Assembly: GCF_006345805.1 (NCBI RefSeq)
Contig: NC_043004.1
Coordinates: forward strand, 72,664,001-72,728,000
Source: Octopus sinensis
Lineage: Eukaryota
Direction: 5' to 3'
DNA: 64,000 nucleotides
Below the pieces are notes generated by a model. It worked only from the letters and a program-made list of their open reading frames with translations. It was not told where the DNA came from and made no database searches. The position numbers were made by a program, and so were the translations under genes. Positions 35,346 through 48,017 of this stretch are shown here, one piece after another (the first letter of the stretch is position 1; each line of letters begins with the position of its first letter).

Positions 35346-36561
35346 ATGACGACTAACTTGCAGGCCTGCAACAGACGAAATTGGTCTGATAATGAAATTT
35401 ATGTCTTAATTAACACTTGGTTCTCTCTTTCCCAAACAGAAAATTTAAATGCTTTGTGTTTGAATAAGATTGCCGAAAAAACATCGCAAATAATCAACAC
35501 ACGATCCGTCAAACAGATTCGTAGCAAACTGAAGCATATCGAAGCCTCTTTCAAACTAACTAAAAGCCATTTTGAAAAACTTCTTCATATTTTCACTGTT
35601 CAAGAACAGCAACAACAAGAACAGCAGCAGCTAGAAAATCAACAACAGCCACAACAACAACAACAACAACAACAGAATGAGCCACTCCTAGTTCCCAGCA
35701 TAATAGCTGACCCTAACATCGGTCAAGCACAACAACAACAACAGCCACAGAAACAACGACAGCCACAGCAACAACAACAACAACAGCCACTCCTAAACTC
35801 TAGCATATTAGATGATTCACTGAATGCCAGTATCTATTCACCGCTCTCACAGCAACCACCACAATTATCATCATCATCATCACCACCGCTGCCACCATCG
35901 TCTTCTATCACCAAAAATACTACTAATAAAAAACCAAATAAGAAACCACTGCTCTCTTCCCCCACATCGCCACCTCAATACTACTGCAGTAACAAAAACC
36001 TAAAAAAACATATGAAGCAGAATGCGCCCCCCCACGGCACAAACAAGAAACCCCAAAATATGCCGTTATTCGCTACGTCAGAGGCTCTGCACAAGTAGTG
36101 ACTGCATCTTCACACATCTACCTGGCACTAGACGCACTACCGGCCAAGGCCAAAGCACGCATCCCACAATAACATCAACACCACCAAATAGTAAATCGAA
36201 AGTCAAAATACACACAACTCGGAGTCCCAAAATCTGCCGGTATTCCCAACGTGAGAGAATATGTCTGCTGAGTGACTGTCCCTTCACTCATCTTCCAGGG
36301 ACCCGACGCACAAACAGAAACGGGGCTTCAAGCCAACACACAAATCAGAGTAAAAATAAAAATAAAAACACACCATGCTGCAGTAATGCTGGTCCAGTCT
36401 TTTCACGAAGACACAAAAACAACAACAACAAAAGTGGAAACTACAACCCTATCCAACAGTGCAACCACACCTCCAGCCAAAAACTGCTCCCTAAGCAGGA
36501 AAATTCTTTTTTAGCCATTTTGAACATGGCAAAAGAGAAGAGATACACAAAAACATTCTAG
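35346..36561 (+). pseudogene. ORF1: Myb/SANT-like N-terminus, polyQ/Pro/Ser linker, two CCCH zinc fingers (one +1 frameshift near 36000-36030)
   Basis: RRNWSDNEIYVLINTW...RSVKQIRSKLKHIEASF; CRYSLRQRLCTSSDCIFTH and CRYSQRERICLLSDCPFTH (C-x8-C-x4-C-x3-H). Confidence 0.7.
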
Positions 36562-36595
36562 CCATCACTCAACATCATCCTATGCTATTACCCCA

Positions 36596-39572
36596 GTGCA
36601 CCAATTCCCCACATTGCTGTCACTAACACACAAAAAAAATCCAAGCCCCTTGCAACAGTCAAAACCAGCCACTACACTAACCTCCACATTTCTACTCAAT
36701 GCACAAGGTGTCAGCCCTTCCATCAATGCACAAAAATTGAAGGTCCAATTCATTGAAGACTGGGTTGGTAACCATCCACACCACATCCCTTTCTTCATTC
36801 TCACTGAGACCCACCTTGACAACTCCCACTTGGAAGCCGAAGTGAGAGTGAAGAATTTCCCAACCATCCGCGTGGATCGTATCGGCAGAAGTAAGGGTGG
36901 AACTGCCATTTTCCTGCATGATTCGTTTACGGCAGATGGAAATAGCATATTCTCCAACCGCTACTGTGAATCAGTCACCGTGCACAACAAAGCCAATGAT
37001 CTGACAGTGGTTGGGCTCTATAGGCCACCCCAAACACCCATACTGCGCTTTAAAGAATGCCTCAACAGCATTAAGTGCTTTATTCAACAGTGCCATTCTA
37101 GCAACCTACTCATGATGGGAGACTTCAATCTACCCTGTGTTGACTGGACTACAAACTGTTTGAAACCAAGCACTCCCGCCTCAACCGCTGACAAAGAAGC
37201 AGTCGAGTCACTTTTCGACTTTATGAATGAGTTTTTCTTGTCCCAACTTGTCCTTGCACCAACAAGACATCAGAAGAACATTTTGGACCTAGTGTTTAGT
37301 AACCACACTAACACTATACATAACATTACAGTAGAAAAAACCCTTCTTTCAGACCATGACATGGTTCTCTGTAACATGAAATTCCACCAGCCGAAAGCTA
37401 ATCCTAGTGACCTCCCTCCAGCCCACCCATTTGATAACATGGATCTCCATAATGCCAACTGGGATGCAATCAGGAACGAGCTATCACATGTTGACTGGTC
37501 CTTTACACATATACACATCTCTACCAACAATAAAACATCTTGGCAGATCTTTGTAGACACCGTCACAAACATATGTGCAAAACACTCCCCACCAAGACCT
37601 GTGAACAAAAAGTGCAGAATCCCCCAAAACAGAAAAACTATTACCAGAAAAATAAAAAGAACAAACAAAGAAATTAACAAACCAAAATACTGCCAACAAC
37701 AACACACACATTCGACGGCTATCGCACTGCTTGAATCCAAAAAATATAACCTCCAACAATGCATGAAGACCCTCATCAATAACCAAAGATCAGTTTAGGA
37801 GAAGTGGGCCATTGAAAAAATCAAACTCAACCCCAAAGTGTTCTTTTCATTTGCGAGGAAACACAGGGTCACTGTCTCCACTGTTGGCCCTCTAATTGAT
37901 GAAAATGGCACTCTCCAAGATAATGCCAAATCCATGGCCGAGATACTGCAGAAACAATACTGCTCTGTTTTCAGCAATCCTGATATGGCCGATCTGGGCT
38001 GTATCAGTGATGTCAACCCCCAACACAGTATATCGGACATAACGTTTAGTGCCCCTGATGTCTTAGCGGTGATAAACGAAATAAAACACAATTCAGCAGT
38101 AGGCCCCGATAGGTTCCCTGTTTGTGTCCTGAAGGTGTGTCGACACCAACTTGCATCTCCCCTTGCTAATCTGTGGAGAAACTCACTGGATGCTGGCTAT
38201 ATTCCTAAAAACGTTCTGTCCTAGTCTGTTGTCCCAGTTTTCAAAAAAGGAAACAAGTCCCTTGCAGTGAACTACCGTCCGATCTCACTCACCTCTCATA
38301 TCATCAAGGTGTTTGAGAGGGTGGTGAGATCTCGAATAACCCAATTTCTGGAAAGCAACAGACGATTGGTCTCTAACCAACATGGGTTCCGTAATGGAAG
38401 GGACTGCCTAACGCAGCTCCTGCATCACTTTGATGACATTTTGAGAGCTTTGGGAGAGGGCTCCAACACCACTGTCATCTACCTTGATTTCAGCAAGGCC
38501 TTCGACAGGGTTGATCACAAGATCCTATTGAAAAAAACTATCCAACATTGGTGTCTCTGGAAAGTTACTGAAATGGATCAAGTGTTTCCTGACAGACAGA
38601 TCTCAACATGCTGTAGTTGAAGGAGTAAAATCAAGCCCAGCCAAAGTCGGTAGTGGCGTTCCGCAAGGCACTGTGCTGGGCCCACTTCTTTTCATCATCT
38701 ACATTAATGACATTAATGACATCATCAAGCACAGCAACATAAAAATCTTTGCAGATGATTCCAAGCTACAGAAGGTCATAAATGAGGCGAGTGACCGGAC
38801 ATGCCTTCAGTCAGATCTACTGGCTGTTATCCAATGGGCAGAAAAGAACAATATGCTGCTGAACGAGGATAAATTCGAGTTAATCCACTTTGGAAAAGAG
38901 GATGCCCTGAAACTCCCATACTCCCTTCCTTCAGGTGAAACTCTCGTGGCATCCAACAGCATCAGAGACTTGGGAGTAATTGTGGACAACAACATAAGCT
39001 GGGCCACTCATATAAACACCAAAGTTGACATGGTCCGCAGAATGTGTTCCTGGATTCTCAGAACTTTCCAGTCGAGAGATATCCACACCATTATCCTTCT
39101 CTTCTCCACTTTTGCCCGACCCCACCTTGAATACTGTTGTCCACTGTGGTCTCCCCACACAAAACAAAGTATCATAAAAGTTGAAGCACCTCAAAGGTCA
39201 ATCACAAAAAAGATAGATGGCATGACAGGCCTCGACTATTGGGGTCGACTAGAAAAGCTAAAACTTTATTCTCTCCGACGTCGCCGTGAGCGCTACATCA
39301 TCTGCATGATGTGGAAAATATTCCATCAGCATTGCCCAAATGATGTTGGCATCACCTTTAAGGTACATCCAAGGCTTGGGCCCCGTGCCATACGCCCACA
39401 ACAAAAATCGCACTCTCATCTCATAACAACAATACGGCACAATTATTTCACCTCAATTGGCCCCGCTCTCTTTAACATTACACCAAAACACATTAAAACA
39501 GAAACAGACCCTATAAGATTCAATAAGTCTTTGGTCAGATTCCTTCAAGAAATTCCGGATATGTCTCTGTAA
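36596..39572 (+). pseudogene. ORF2: APE endonuclease plus RT, two premature stops and a frameshift
   Basis: LTETHL, GDFNLP, LSDH, NYRPISLTSH, YLDFSKAFD, FADD, RPHLEYC. Confidence 0.93.
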
Positions 39573-39697
39573 ACAATAACTCTCTACTTGAGTGGGCCAT
39601 AGTGCCCAAATTCTAACTTGAAAGACTTCACCAGGTGGTGCTATTAAGTTAGACATTGCCTGGGCCAATAATGGCCGAAACCTATCAAAGTATCAAA

Positions 39698-39767
<70 letters not shown>

Positions 39768-40399
39768 ATAAATGGTGGGGTTGTGTTGACCGCACGTGGA
39801 GAATGATAAGCAAGGAAACATTGTAAAAAGGCAGAATGCTAAATTGAAAGAAAATTTTAATGAAATTGGGTGTATGGAGAAGATTTTGAAAAATTGATAA
39901 AATATATATATATTAATTCAAACCGGTGTTCATCATAATGTGACTTTCCAAGAAATGTAAAGAAAAATTTTTTTTTTAATGTGAGGAGGGGGAAAAAAGA
40001 AAATTACATTGTTTTTTGCAAAAAAAATAATAATAAATATATACAAAAATTAAAAAATAGGTACTCCGATACATTGTAAAGTCTTTGTGTATCTTGAGTT
40101 TAATGATTGTTCACGAAAAAATTACCTTGAAGTATTGAAATCCAATGGGATTAAATCCATGTGTAGTTTAATTTAATTAAGGGTGTCTCTTAAGTGGATT
40201 GCAAATACATATATATATATATTATATGCATATGTATGTATGTAATATATGTATATATGTATGTATGTATATATATACGGCCGCTACCTTAAACAGTCAC
40301 TCGCACTGACGGAAATATGCCTTTGTAAAAAAGGAAAAAAATTCTTTCGTCCAAATCTGACCCTGATGGACTGACCACATACGATACAGCTAAGGGTCA

Positions 40400-40874
40400 G
40401 ACCCGATTCTGATTGGTCAACACGCTGATGACGTCTAATTCTGCTAGAATGGACAGGATACAAACAGGGGCCAGAGATTAGTCAGAATATTGATGACGTA
40501 CCTTTCTGCTTGACTAGTCACCTAACAAAATACAGACAGGGGGCAGATCTAATGCAGCTATAAGTCGTGATTGGGCAGAATCTTGATGACGTCCCGTTCT
40601 GCTTGACTAAGCCACCTAACGAAACGACTGGTCAAAACAGGATACAGACAAGAGGCAGTTATAATACAGCGATAGGTCACGATTGGTCAGAATGCTGATG
40701 ACGTCCCGTTCTGCTTGACTAAGCCACCTAACGAAACGATTGGTCAAAACGTTGATGACGTCACGCTACGCTGGACTGACCACCTAACAGGCATTATAAA
40801 ACCCGAACATTTCACAAGACTCACTAGAATCACCCAGCGAACGCCCACCATGGTTCACCACAATTGCTCAAGGT
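40400..40874 (+). promoter_or_regulatory. Array of five ATTGG-N12-TGACGT modules, then TATAAAA (40795), Inr-like TCACT, Kozak gcccaccATGG (ATG 40850) and a GT donor (40873)
   Basis: Motifs and constant spacing read directly; function inferred. Confidence 0.6.
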
Positions 40875-41119
40875 AAAAATGAATTCCTCGCTCTTTCGGG
40901 AACAACAATATTCTGTATTGACTGCTCTCCACCAGTTGATCTGTTATTTTGTATTGAATAACGTATCGCCACCGTGGGCCACTGCATCGAACACTTTGAC
41001 ATATAGCATGAATGAACTCACTTCAAACTATATTTGAACTTTAAGATGTCTGACTCTGTTGTATATTGTAAATGAATTTCTTGTGTTTGACAGCATGAGC
41101 TGTTTTTTTTATATATAAC

Positions 41120-41162
41120 TTTTTTTGATAAGGTTCATTTCAGGAACTGAAACATGTTAATG
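41120..41162 (+). ncRNA. Degenerate hammerhead relic (UUGAUAA core, GGUUC/GAACU stem II, ACAUGU stem III)
   Basis: Geometry retained but with C3U and G8A changes and a weak stem I. Confidence 0.4.
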
Positions 41163-41218
41163 TATATATAAACATTAAAAATTGTATAATATAGCAGCAT
41201 TTTCGAACTTCATTTTTT

Positions 41219-41269
<51 letters not shown>

Positions 41270-41298
41270 CGAGAAAGAAGCAACAAGAATGGATTGGT

Positions 41299-41388
41299 TT
41301 TTAGTACAATTGTTTCATACAAAGACGGCTTTATTACAAGTTGCAAAAATTGCAGCAGATAAAAGTGTCCCGTACTCATCAGCTAAAA
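41299..41388 (-). ncRNA. Type I hammerhead (mirror copy in the left palindrome arm; cleavage between 41305 and 41304)
   Basis: Reverse complement of 41719-41809. Confidence 0.8.
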
Positions 41389-41718
41389 TACATTTGAGTT
41401 CTCTAGACATCTTAGTGGGTGAGGTTATACTCATGAAATATTGGAGATAGTTCCATTAGAGGCAGATATACGTTGTAAACAGTTTTCCAAAGTTCCTTAA
41501 TGATGATGCACAGTCTTATCACAGATTTTTAAAAACTTATAGTTTCGAAGAGAAGATGAACAATCCATAAGTTTTAAAAATCTGTGATTAAGACTGTTGC
41601 ATCATCATTAAGGAACTTTGGAAAACTGTTTACAACGTATATCTGCCTCTAATGGAACTATCTCCAATATTTCATGAGTATAACTCACCCACTAAGATGT
41701 CTAGAGAACTCAAATGTA

Positions 41719-41809
41719 TTTTAGCTGATGAGTACGGGACACTTTTATCTGCTGCAATTTTTGCAACTTGTAATAAAGCCTGTCTTTGTATGAAACAATT
41801 GTACTAAAA
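41719..41809 (+). ncRNA. Type I hammerhead ribozyme (CUGAUGA core, palindromic stem III ACAAUUGU, GUA cleavage after 41803)
   Basis: ttttag-CTGATGA-GTAC...GTAT-GAAA-CAATTG-TA|ctaaaa. Confidence 0.83.
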
Positions 41810-42000
41810 ACCAATCCATTTTGTTGCTTCTTTCTCGTTTATAATCACCCCACATTCTGTATGGATAACACCATATAGTTTTCTGGTGCATCTAAGTTAA
41901 GTACCACATTCAAGTAAATTCATTGGAAGTTACTTGAATCTTAATTGCTTTGATTATATATATATAATATATTTATGTCTGTATATATATATATCTATAT

Positions 42001-42031
<31 letters not shown>

Positions 42032-42079
42032 CTATATATATATATATATATATATATATTGTCAATAATAAAAGGTTAA

Positions 42080-42164
<85 letters not shown>

Positions 42165-42171
<7 letters not shown>

Positions 42172-42790
42172 GCAAAATTTTCCAAAAACAATTCTGGAAA
42201 GATTATTTCATGCTCAGTGAATTTGAATGAAACTTTTGTTGGGTAAATATTGCAAACATCATTCAACTTAAACGAATAAACAATTGTCAAATATTCGGAA
42301 ATTCCTGTCAGTGAAAGAGTGGCACGATGTGTCAAGAGAAGAATAAAAGGTGTTTCAATAGATAAAGAAAGAAAAATATACAGAGTAACGCTATTGGTTG
42401 CAACAGCTTAACTCTTACGAAACACACGTTTGTAACTGAATACAATTTATTCATTGTCGTAACACAAGGGCATACAGGAACGACGTGCCAACCACAACAG
42501 ACTGGAACGGATTATAAAACTCCTTCAAGGGAAAATATACTGCCTTGCGGTAACGTAAAGATTTTCTTGTCTTATCTCGTTTCTTAAGATACAGTTTATG
42601 TAGGCATGTATGTATGTATGTGTATGTATGTATGTATGTATGTATGTCTGCTTTAATACGGGAGTGTGTATATATATTATAACTATTTTTACAATAGAAC
42701 ATAGAGATTGGATATCCTAGCATAAACACAGATAAATGAACGAATACATAAAACGTATATCAATATACATGTGCTTATATATATATACCC
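42165..42790. repeat. Local duplicated segment (second copy at 45943-46545)
   Basis: High-identity direct repeat; the following block ~43460-43660 also recurs at 46957-47165. Confidence 0.85.
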
Positions 42791-43198
42791 TTTACTCTTT
42801 TAATTGTTTCTGTCATTTGACTGCTGCCATGCTGGAGCACCGCCTTTTAGTCGAGCAAATCAACCCGGGGACTTATTCTTTGTAAGCCCAGTACTTATTC
42901 TATCGGTCTCTTTTGCCGAACCGCTAAGTGACGGGGACGTAAACACACCAGCATCGGTTGTCAAGCAATGCTAGGGGGGAAAACACACACACAAACACAC
43001 ACACATACATATATACATATATATATATACATATATACGACAAGCTTCTTTCAGTTTCCGTCTACCAAATCCACTCACAAGGCTTTGGTCTGCTCGAGGC
43101 TATAGTAGAAGACAATCGCCAAGATGCCACGCAGTGGGACTGAACCCGTAACCATGTGGTTAATTAGCAAGCTACTTACCGCACAGCCACCCTGCGCC
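42791..43198 (-). mobile_element. SINE family A
   Basis: Consensus reverse complement. Confidence 0.88.
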
Positions 43199-43211
43199 AT
43201 ATATATAATAT

Positions 43212-43297
<86 letters not shown>

Positions 43298-43947
43298 TAT
43301 ATCTTGTGAAAGCTTGGAAAAGATCCTATGCTATTTGTAGTCGGCTCCCCCTTATTCCTTGCTTCCCGAGTAATCATGTGGGATGGTCATGTATGCGGAA
43401 CTCTACCATATTTACATATAATTTAATGTAACTGCATATATGTATGTGTGTGTGTGTGTGTTTATAGATGTGTGGAAAAAATATACACAAGTTGAAAGTT
43501 TGTAGCTTCTCGTTTTTAAAGGTAGAATCTTCGGGTTACGTGAAATATTTTGTATAATATATATAAATAAATAAATGGAGTTAAAACAAAGGTGTTATTC
43601 AAATTCTTTTACCTCCGACACATGATTCGAAGTTATCACTTTTATTTTATTCCAAGGCATAAAGGAGATATATATAGATATAAGATATATGGATAATATA
43701 TATATATATATATATAATATTATATATATGTTTGTATCTGGTGTAGAGTCATTTTTTTTGCGCCTTATTATGTAACACACTCACCAATAACATTTCCACT
43801 TTTTTTCTTATTTTTATTGTCATAAACCTTTCGTTGCGTCTTGCAACTTATAGCTTTTTCTTCTACTGTTGTCAGGGAGTTTCTTCTTATAATAGAAGAA
43901 ATAGCTAAGGTTCTTTGGCTGCTTTTTTCTAAAGTTCAGTATGTGGT

Positions 43948-45554
43948 TAGTTAGTTAGTTAGTTAGTTAATTTGGCTCAAAAGCAAATAGCAAGGCCATG
44001 TAGGGGGACATGGAGTTAAGTACAGGGTGGTGTTCATGTAAAGAGTTCAGGCCACTTGAGGTCCAGGGAGGCTTTGAACAAAGCGGTCGTCGGTATCTTC
44101 ACCATCTCGTCTGGCAGCTTGTTCCACGGATCCGCAACCCGGACGGAGAAAGCTCCTCTCCTTCGATTAAGATGAAATCGTCGCAGGTAGAGCTTTTCGG
44201 AATGGCCCCGCAGTCGACGCTCTGGAACAGGAGTGAAGAACAGCTCTTTCGAGAGGTTACACTTTCCGCTTATGATGTTGTGGGCGAGAATGAGATCACC
44301 ACGGCGGCGGCGTTTTTCAAGAGAATAAAGGTCGAGCGTCCTCAGCCTTTCTTCGTAGGACAAATTTTTGAGACCATAGCTTCTGGACTCTTTCGAGATG
44401 CTGTATGTCTTTGAGGAGATAAGGAGAAGAGGCTTGAATCCCATACTCCAATATGGGTCTCACCAGCGTGACATAGAGTGGTAGGAATATGGCTGCCGTG
44501 AGCATTCCGAATGACCGTCGAATCAAGAACAGAATTCCGCGTGCTTTGTTGGCAGCATGGACGCACTGGGCCGAAGGCGAAAAGGAGGAATCCACCAAGA
44601 TACCCAGGTCCTTTACCTGATCGGTCCTCTCCAGCAGCAGACGACCCGGCTCGAAATCAAGTTGAGTTGCAGGAGTAGAGCCGACAGGCAGATGACAGCA
44701 CTTTGACACGTTCAGACACAGGTCCCAATCGTTAGACCACTTCCAAATTTGGTGGAGGCATCGACGAAGATCCTCTATATTACCGCGAGGAGCGACCAGT
44801 TTGATATCGTCGGCAAATAGAAGGGTGTGTTGCGTGAGGTCGTCGGGCAAGTCATTTATGAAGACTAACAACAACAAGGGCCCAAGCACTGAACCTTGAG
44901 GCACGCCACTGCTCGCACTGGAGACGTCGGACCGCGAACCATTAACTTGGACTTGGAAGGAGCGATCTGAGAGGAAGGCACCAACCTATCGTACAATATC
45001 CGGATGGAAACTATATGCTTGAAGCTTGACAAGTAATAGGCGGTGGTTTACCGAGTCAAAAGCTTTGGCAAAGTTCAATAAAACGATGTCAACAGCATCA
45101 CTATCATCGAGGATGCGCGTCACCAATTCTTCCATTACTAGTAAGTTGGTCAAGCATGATCTCTTCGGCACGAAGCCGTGTTGGGAATCAGAGATAGAGG
45201 CTGTGTTTAGGAGGTGGAGCATCATACTTTTCTTAAGGATGGTTTCGAACATCTTGCTGATATTGATGTAAGGGAAACCGGTCGGTAGTTAAGCGGGTCT
45301 TCGCGGCTCCCTTTCTTGAAAATTGGGCAGATTATCGCTGTTCTCCAGTCTGCAGGTATAACACCCGTCGCCAATGACATATTGAATAGTCGTGTTAAGG
45401 GCTCGCAGATGACCGGAGCCAACGCTTTGATAACCCGTGGGTGTATGCCGTCAGGGCCGTGACACTTGTTGACATCGAGGCCTTGAATAACACGTTTGAC
45501 TTCGTCCCGTGTGATGACCGCGTGATGACCGCGTGGTGACCGCGTGATGACCGC
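43948..45554 (-). mobile_element. 5'-truncated CR1-like LINE with a (TAAC)n tail and 5-bp TSD GTGGT, inserted in the fold-back family
   Basis: NYRPVSLTS, NFAKAFDSVNH, PQGSVLGP, FADD, YEERL and RGHSEK motifs; gtggt at 43943-47 and 45555-59. Confidence 0.9.
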
Positions 45555-45861
45555 GTGGTGAAGCAAATTTTTGTTGAACCCTAATTATAATTATAATTAT
45601 AATCATAATTATATAAAATTATATATATACACGCATGTATATATATATATATATACATATATATGCATGAGTATCAATGCGTTTCGCACGTGTACTGATG
45701 TGTAATATATTGTTGTAGTTCGAGATGGTCGTGTTGCACGATAGGCGTTGGCCATAAAACCACCAACTTAAATTTAACAACAAAAGGTGTTGGTTTATTA
45801 GTCACGAACTGCACAACGATCTTAATGCTTTCATATAATTGACACACGTAGACCTCTCTCT

Positions 45862-45941
<80 letters not shown>

Positions 45942-46547
45942 GCAGAAAGTTTTCCAACAATTCTGGAAAGATTATTTCATGCTCAGTGAATTTGAATGAA
46001 ACTTTTGATGGGTAAATATTGCAAACATCATTCAACTTAAACGAATAAACAATTGTCAAATATTCGGAAATTCCTGTCAGTGAAGGAGTGGCACGATGTG
46101 TCAAGAGAAGAATAAAAGGTGTTTCAATAGATAAAGAAAGAAAAATATACAGAGTAACGCTGTTGGTTGCAACAGCTTAACTCTTACGAAACACACGTTT
46201 GTAACTGAATACAATTTATTCATTGTCGTAACACAAGGGCGGACAGGAACGACGTGCCAACCACAGCAGACTGGAACGGATTATAAAACTCCTTCAAGGG
46301 AAAATATACTGCCTTGCGTAACGTAAAGATTTTCTTGTCTTATCTCGTTTCTTAAGATACAGTTTATGTAGGCATGTATGTATGTATGTATGTATGTATG
46401 TGTGTGTGTATGCATTCATACGGGAGTGTGTATATATATTATAACTATTTTTACAATAGAACATAGAGATTGGATATCCTAGCATAAACACAGATAAATG
46501 AACGAATACATAAAACGTATATCAATATACATGTGCTTATGTATATA

Positions 46548-46953
46548 GGCGCAGAGTGGCTGTGTGGTAAGTAGCTTGCTAAACAACCACATGGTTCCGG
46601 GTTCAGTCCCACTGCGTGGCACCTTGGGCAAGTGTCTTCTACTATAGCCTCGGGCCGACCAAAGCCTTGTGAGTGGATTTGGTAGACGGAAACTGAAAGA
46701 AGCCTGTCGTATATATGTATATATATATATGTATGTGTGTGTATGTCTGTTTGTCTGTGTTTGTACCCCTAGCATTGCTTGACAACTGATGCTGGTGTGT
46801 TTGCGTCCCCGTCACTTAGCGATTCGGCAAATCAGACCGATAGGATAAGCACTGGGCTTACAAAGAATAAATCCCGGGGTCAAGTTGATCGATTAAAGGC
46901 GGTGTCCAGCATGGCCGCAGTCAAATGACTGAAACAATTAAAAGAGTCAAAGA
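46548..46953 (+). mobile_element. SINE family A
   Basis: Consensus match. Confidence 0.88.
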
Positions 46954-47199
46954 ATATAGATGTGTGGAAAAAATATACACAAGTTGAAAGTTTGTAGCTT
47001 CTCGTTTTTAAAGGTAGAATCTTCGGGTTTACGTGAAATATTTTGTATAATATATATAAATAAATAAATGGAGTTAAACACAGGTGTTATTCAAATTCTT
47101 TTACCTCCGACACATGATTCGAAGTTATCACTTTTATTTTATTCCCAAGGAATAAAATAAAAGGAATAATATATATGTATACACACACACACACACACA

Positions 47200-47243
<44 letters not shown>

Positions 47244-47286
47244 ATATATATTATATACATATGTATGTATACATATATATATATGT

Positions 47287-47321
<35 letters not shown>

Positions 47322-47326
47322 TATAT

Positions 47327-47373
<47 letters not shown>

Positions 47374-47482
47374 TATATACATATATATATATATATATAA
47401 ATTATATATGTATGTATGTATATATATATATATAAATTATATATGTATGTATGTATGTATATATATATATATATATATATAT

Positions 47483-47867
47483 TCTTTTTCTTTCTACTTG
47501 TTTCAGTCATTTTGACTGCGGCCATGCTGGAGCACTGCCTTTAATCGAGCAACTCGAACCCGGGACTTATTCTTTTGTAAGTCCAGTACTTATTCTATCG
47601 GAGTCTTTTGCCGAACAGCTAAGTAACGGGGACGTAAACACACCACCATCAGTTGTGAAGCAATGCTAGGGGGACAAACACAGACACACAAACATACACA
47701 CACATACATATGTATATATTCAGTTTCCGTCTACTAAATCCACTCACAAGGCTTTGGTCGGCCCGAGGCTATAGTAGAAGACACTTGCCCAAGGTGCCAC
47801 GCAGTGGGACTGAACCCGGAACCATGTGGTTGGTCAGCAAGCTACTTACACACAGCCACTCCTGCGC
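47483..47867 (-). mobile_element. SINE family A
   Basis: Consensus reverse complement. Confidence 0.88.
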
Positions 47868-47883
47868 ATATATACATATATAT

Positions 47884-47927
<44 letters not shown>

Positions 47928-47969
47928 GTATGTATGTATGTATGTATGTATGCATGTACATATGTATGT

Positions 47970-48015
<46 letters not shown>

Positions 48016-48017
<2 letters not shown>

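Larger units (their letters stand above)
35037..39698 (+). mobile_element. Apparently full-length CR1-like LINE inserted in (TA)n
   Basis: ORF1, APE-RT ORF2, (TATCAAAG)2 tail at 39683-39698; (TA)n on both sides; 5' boundary approximate. Confidence 0.88.
41269..41838. repeat. 570-bp near-perfect palindrome (272-bp arms, 26-nt spacer at 41541-41566)
   Basis: Arms read as reverse complements with a handful of substitutions and indels. Confidence 0.95.

Noticed and set aside
40695-40750. CTGATGA...GAAAC as a hammerhead inside the promoter array
   Set aside because: Stems I, II and III cannot form; CTGATGA is part of the CRE module.
43825-43860. Minus-strand GTTGC-aagac-GCAAC-GAAA stem
   Set aside because: Looks like hammerhead stem II plus GAAA, but the CUGANGA core is absent; at most a truncated relic.
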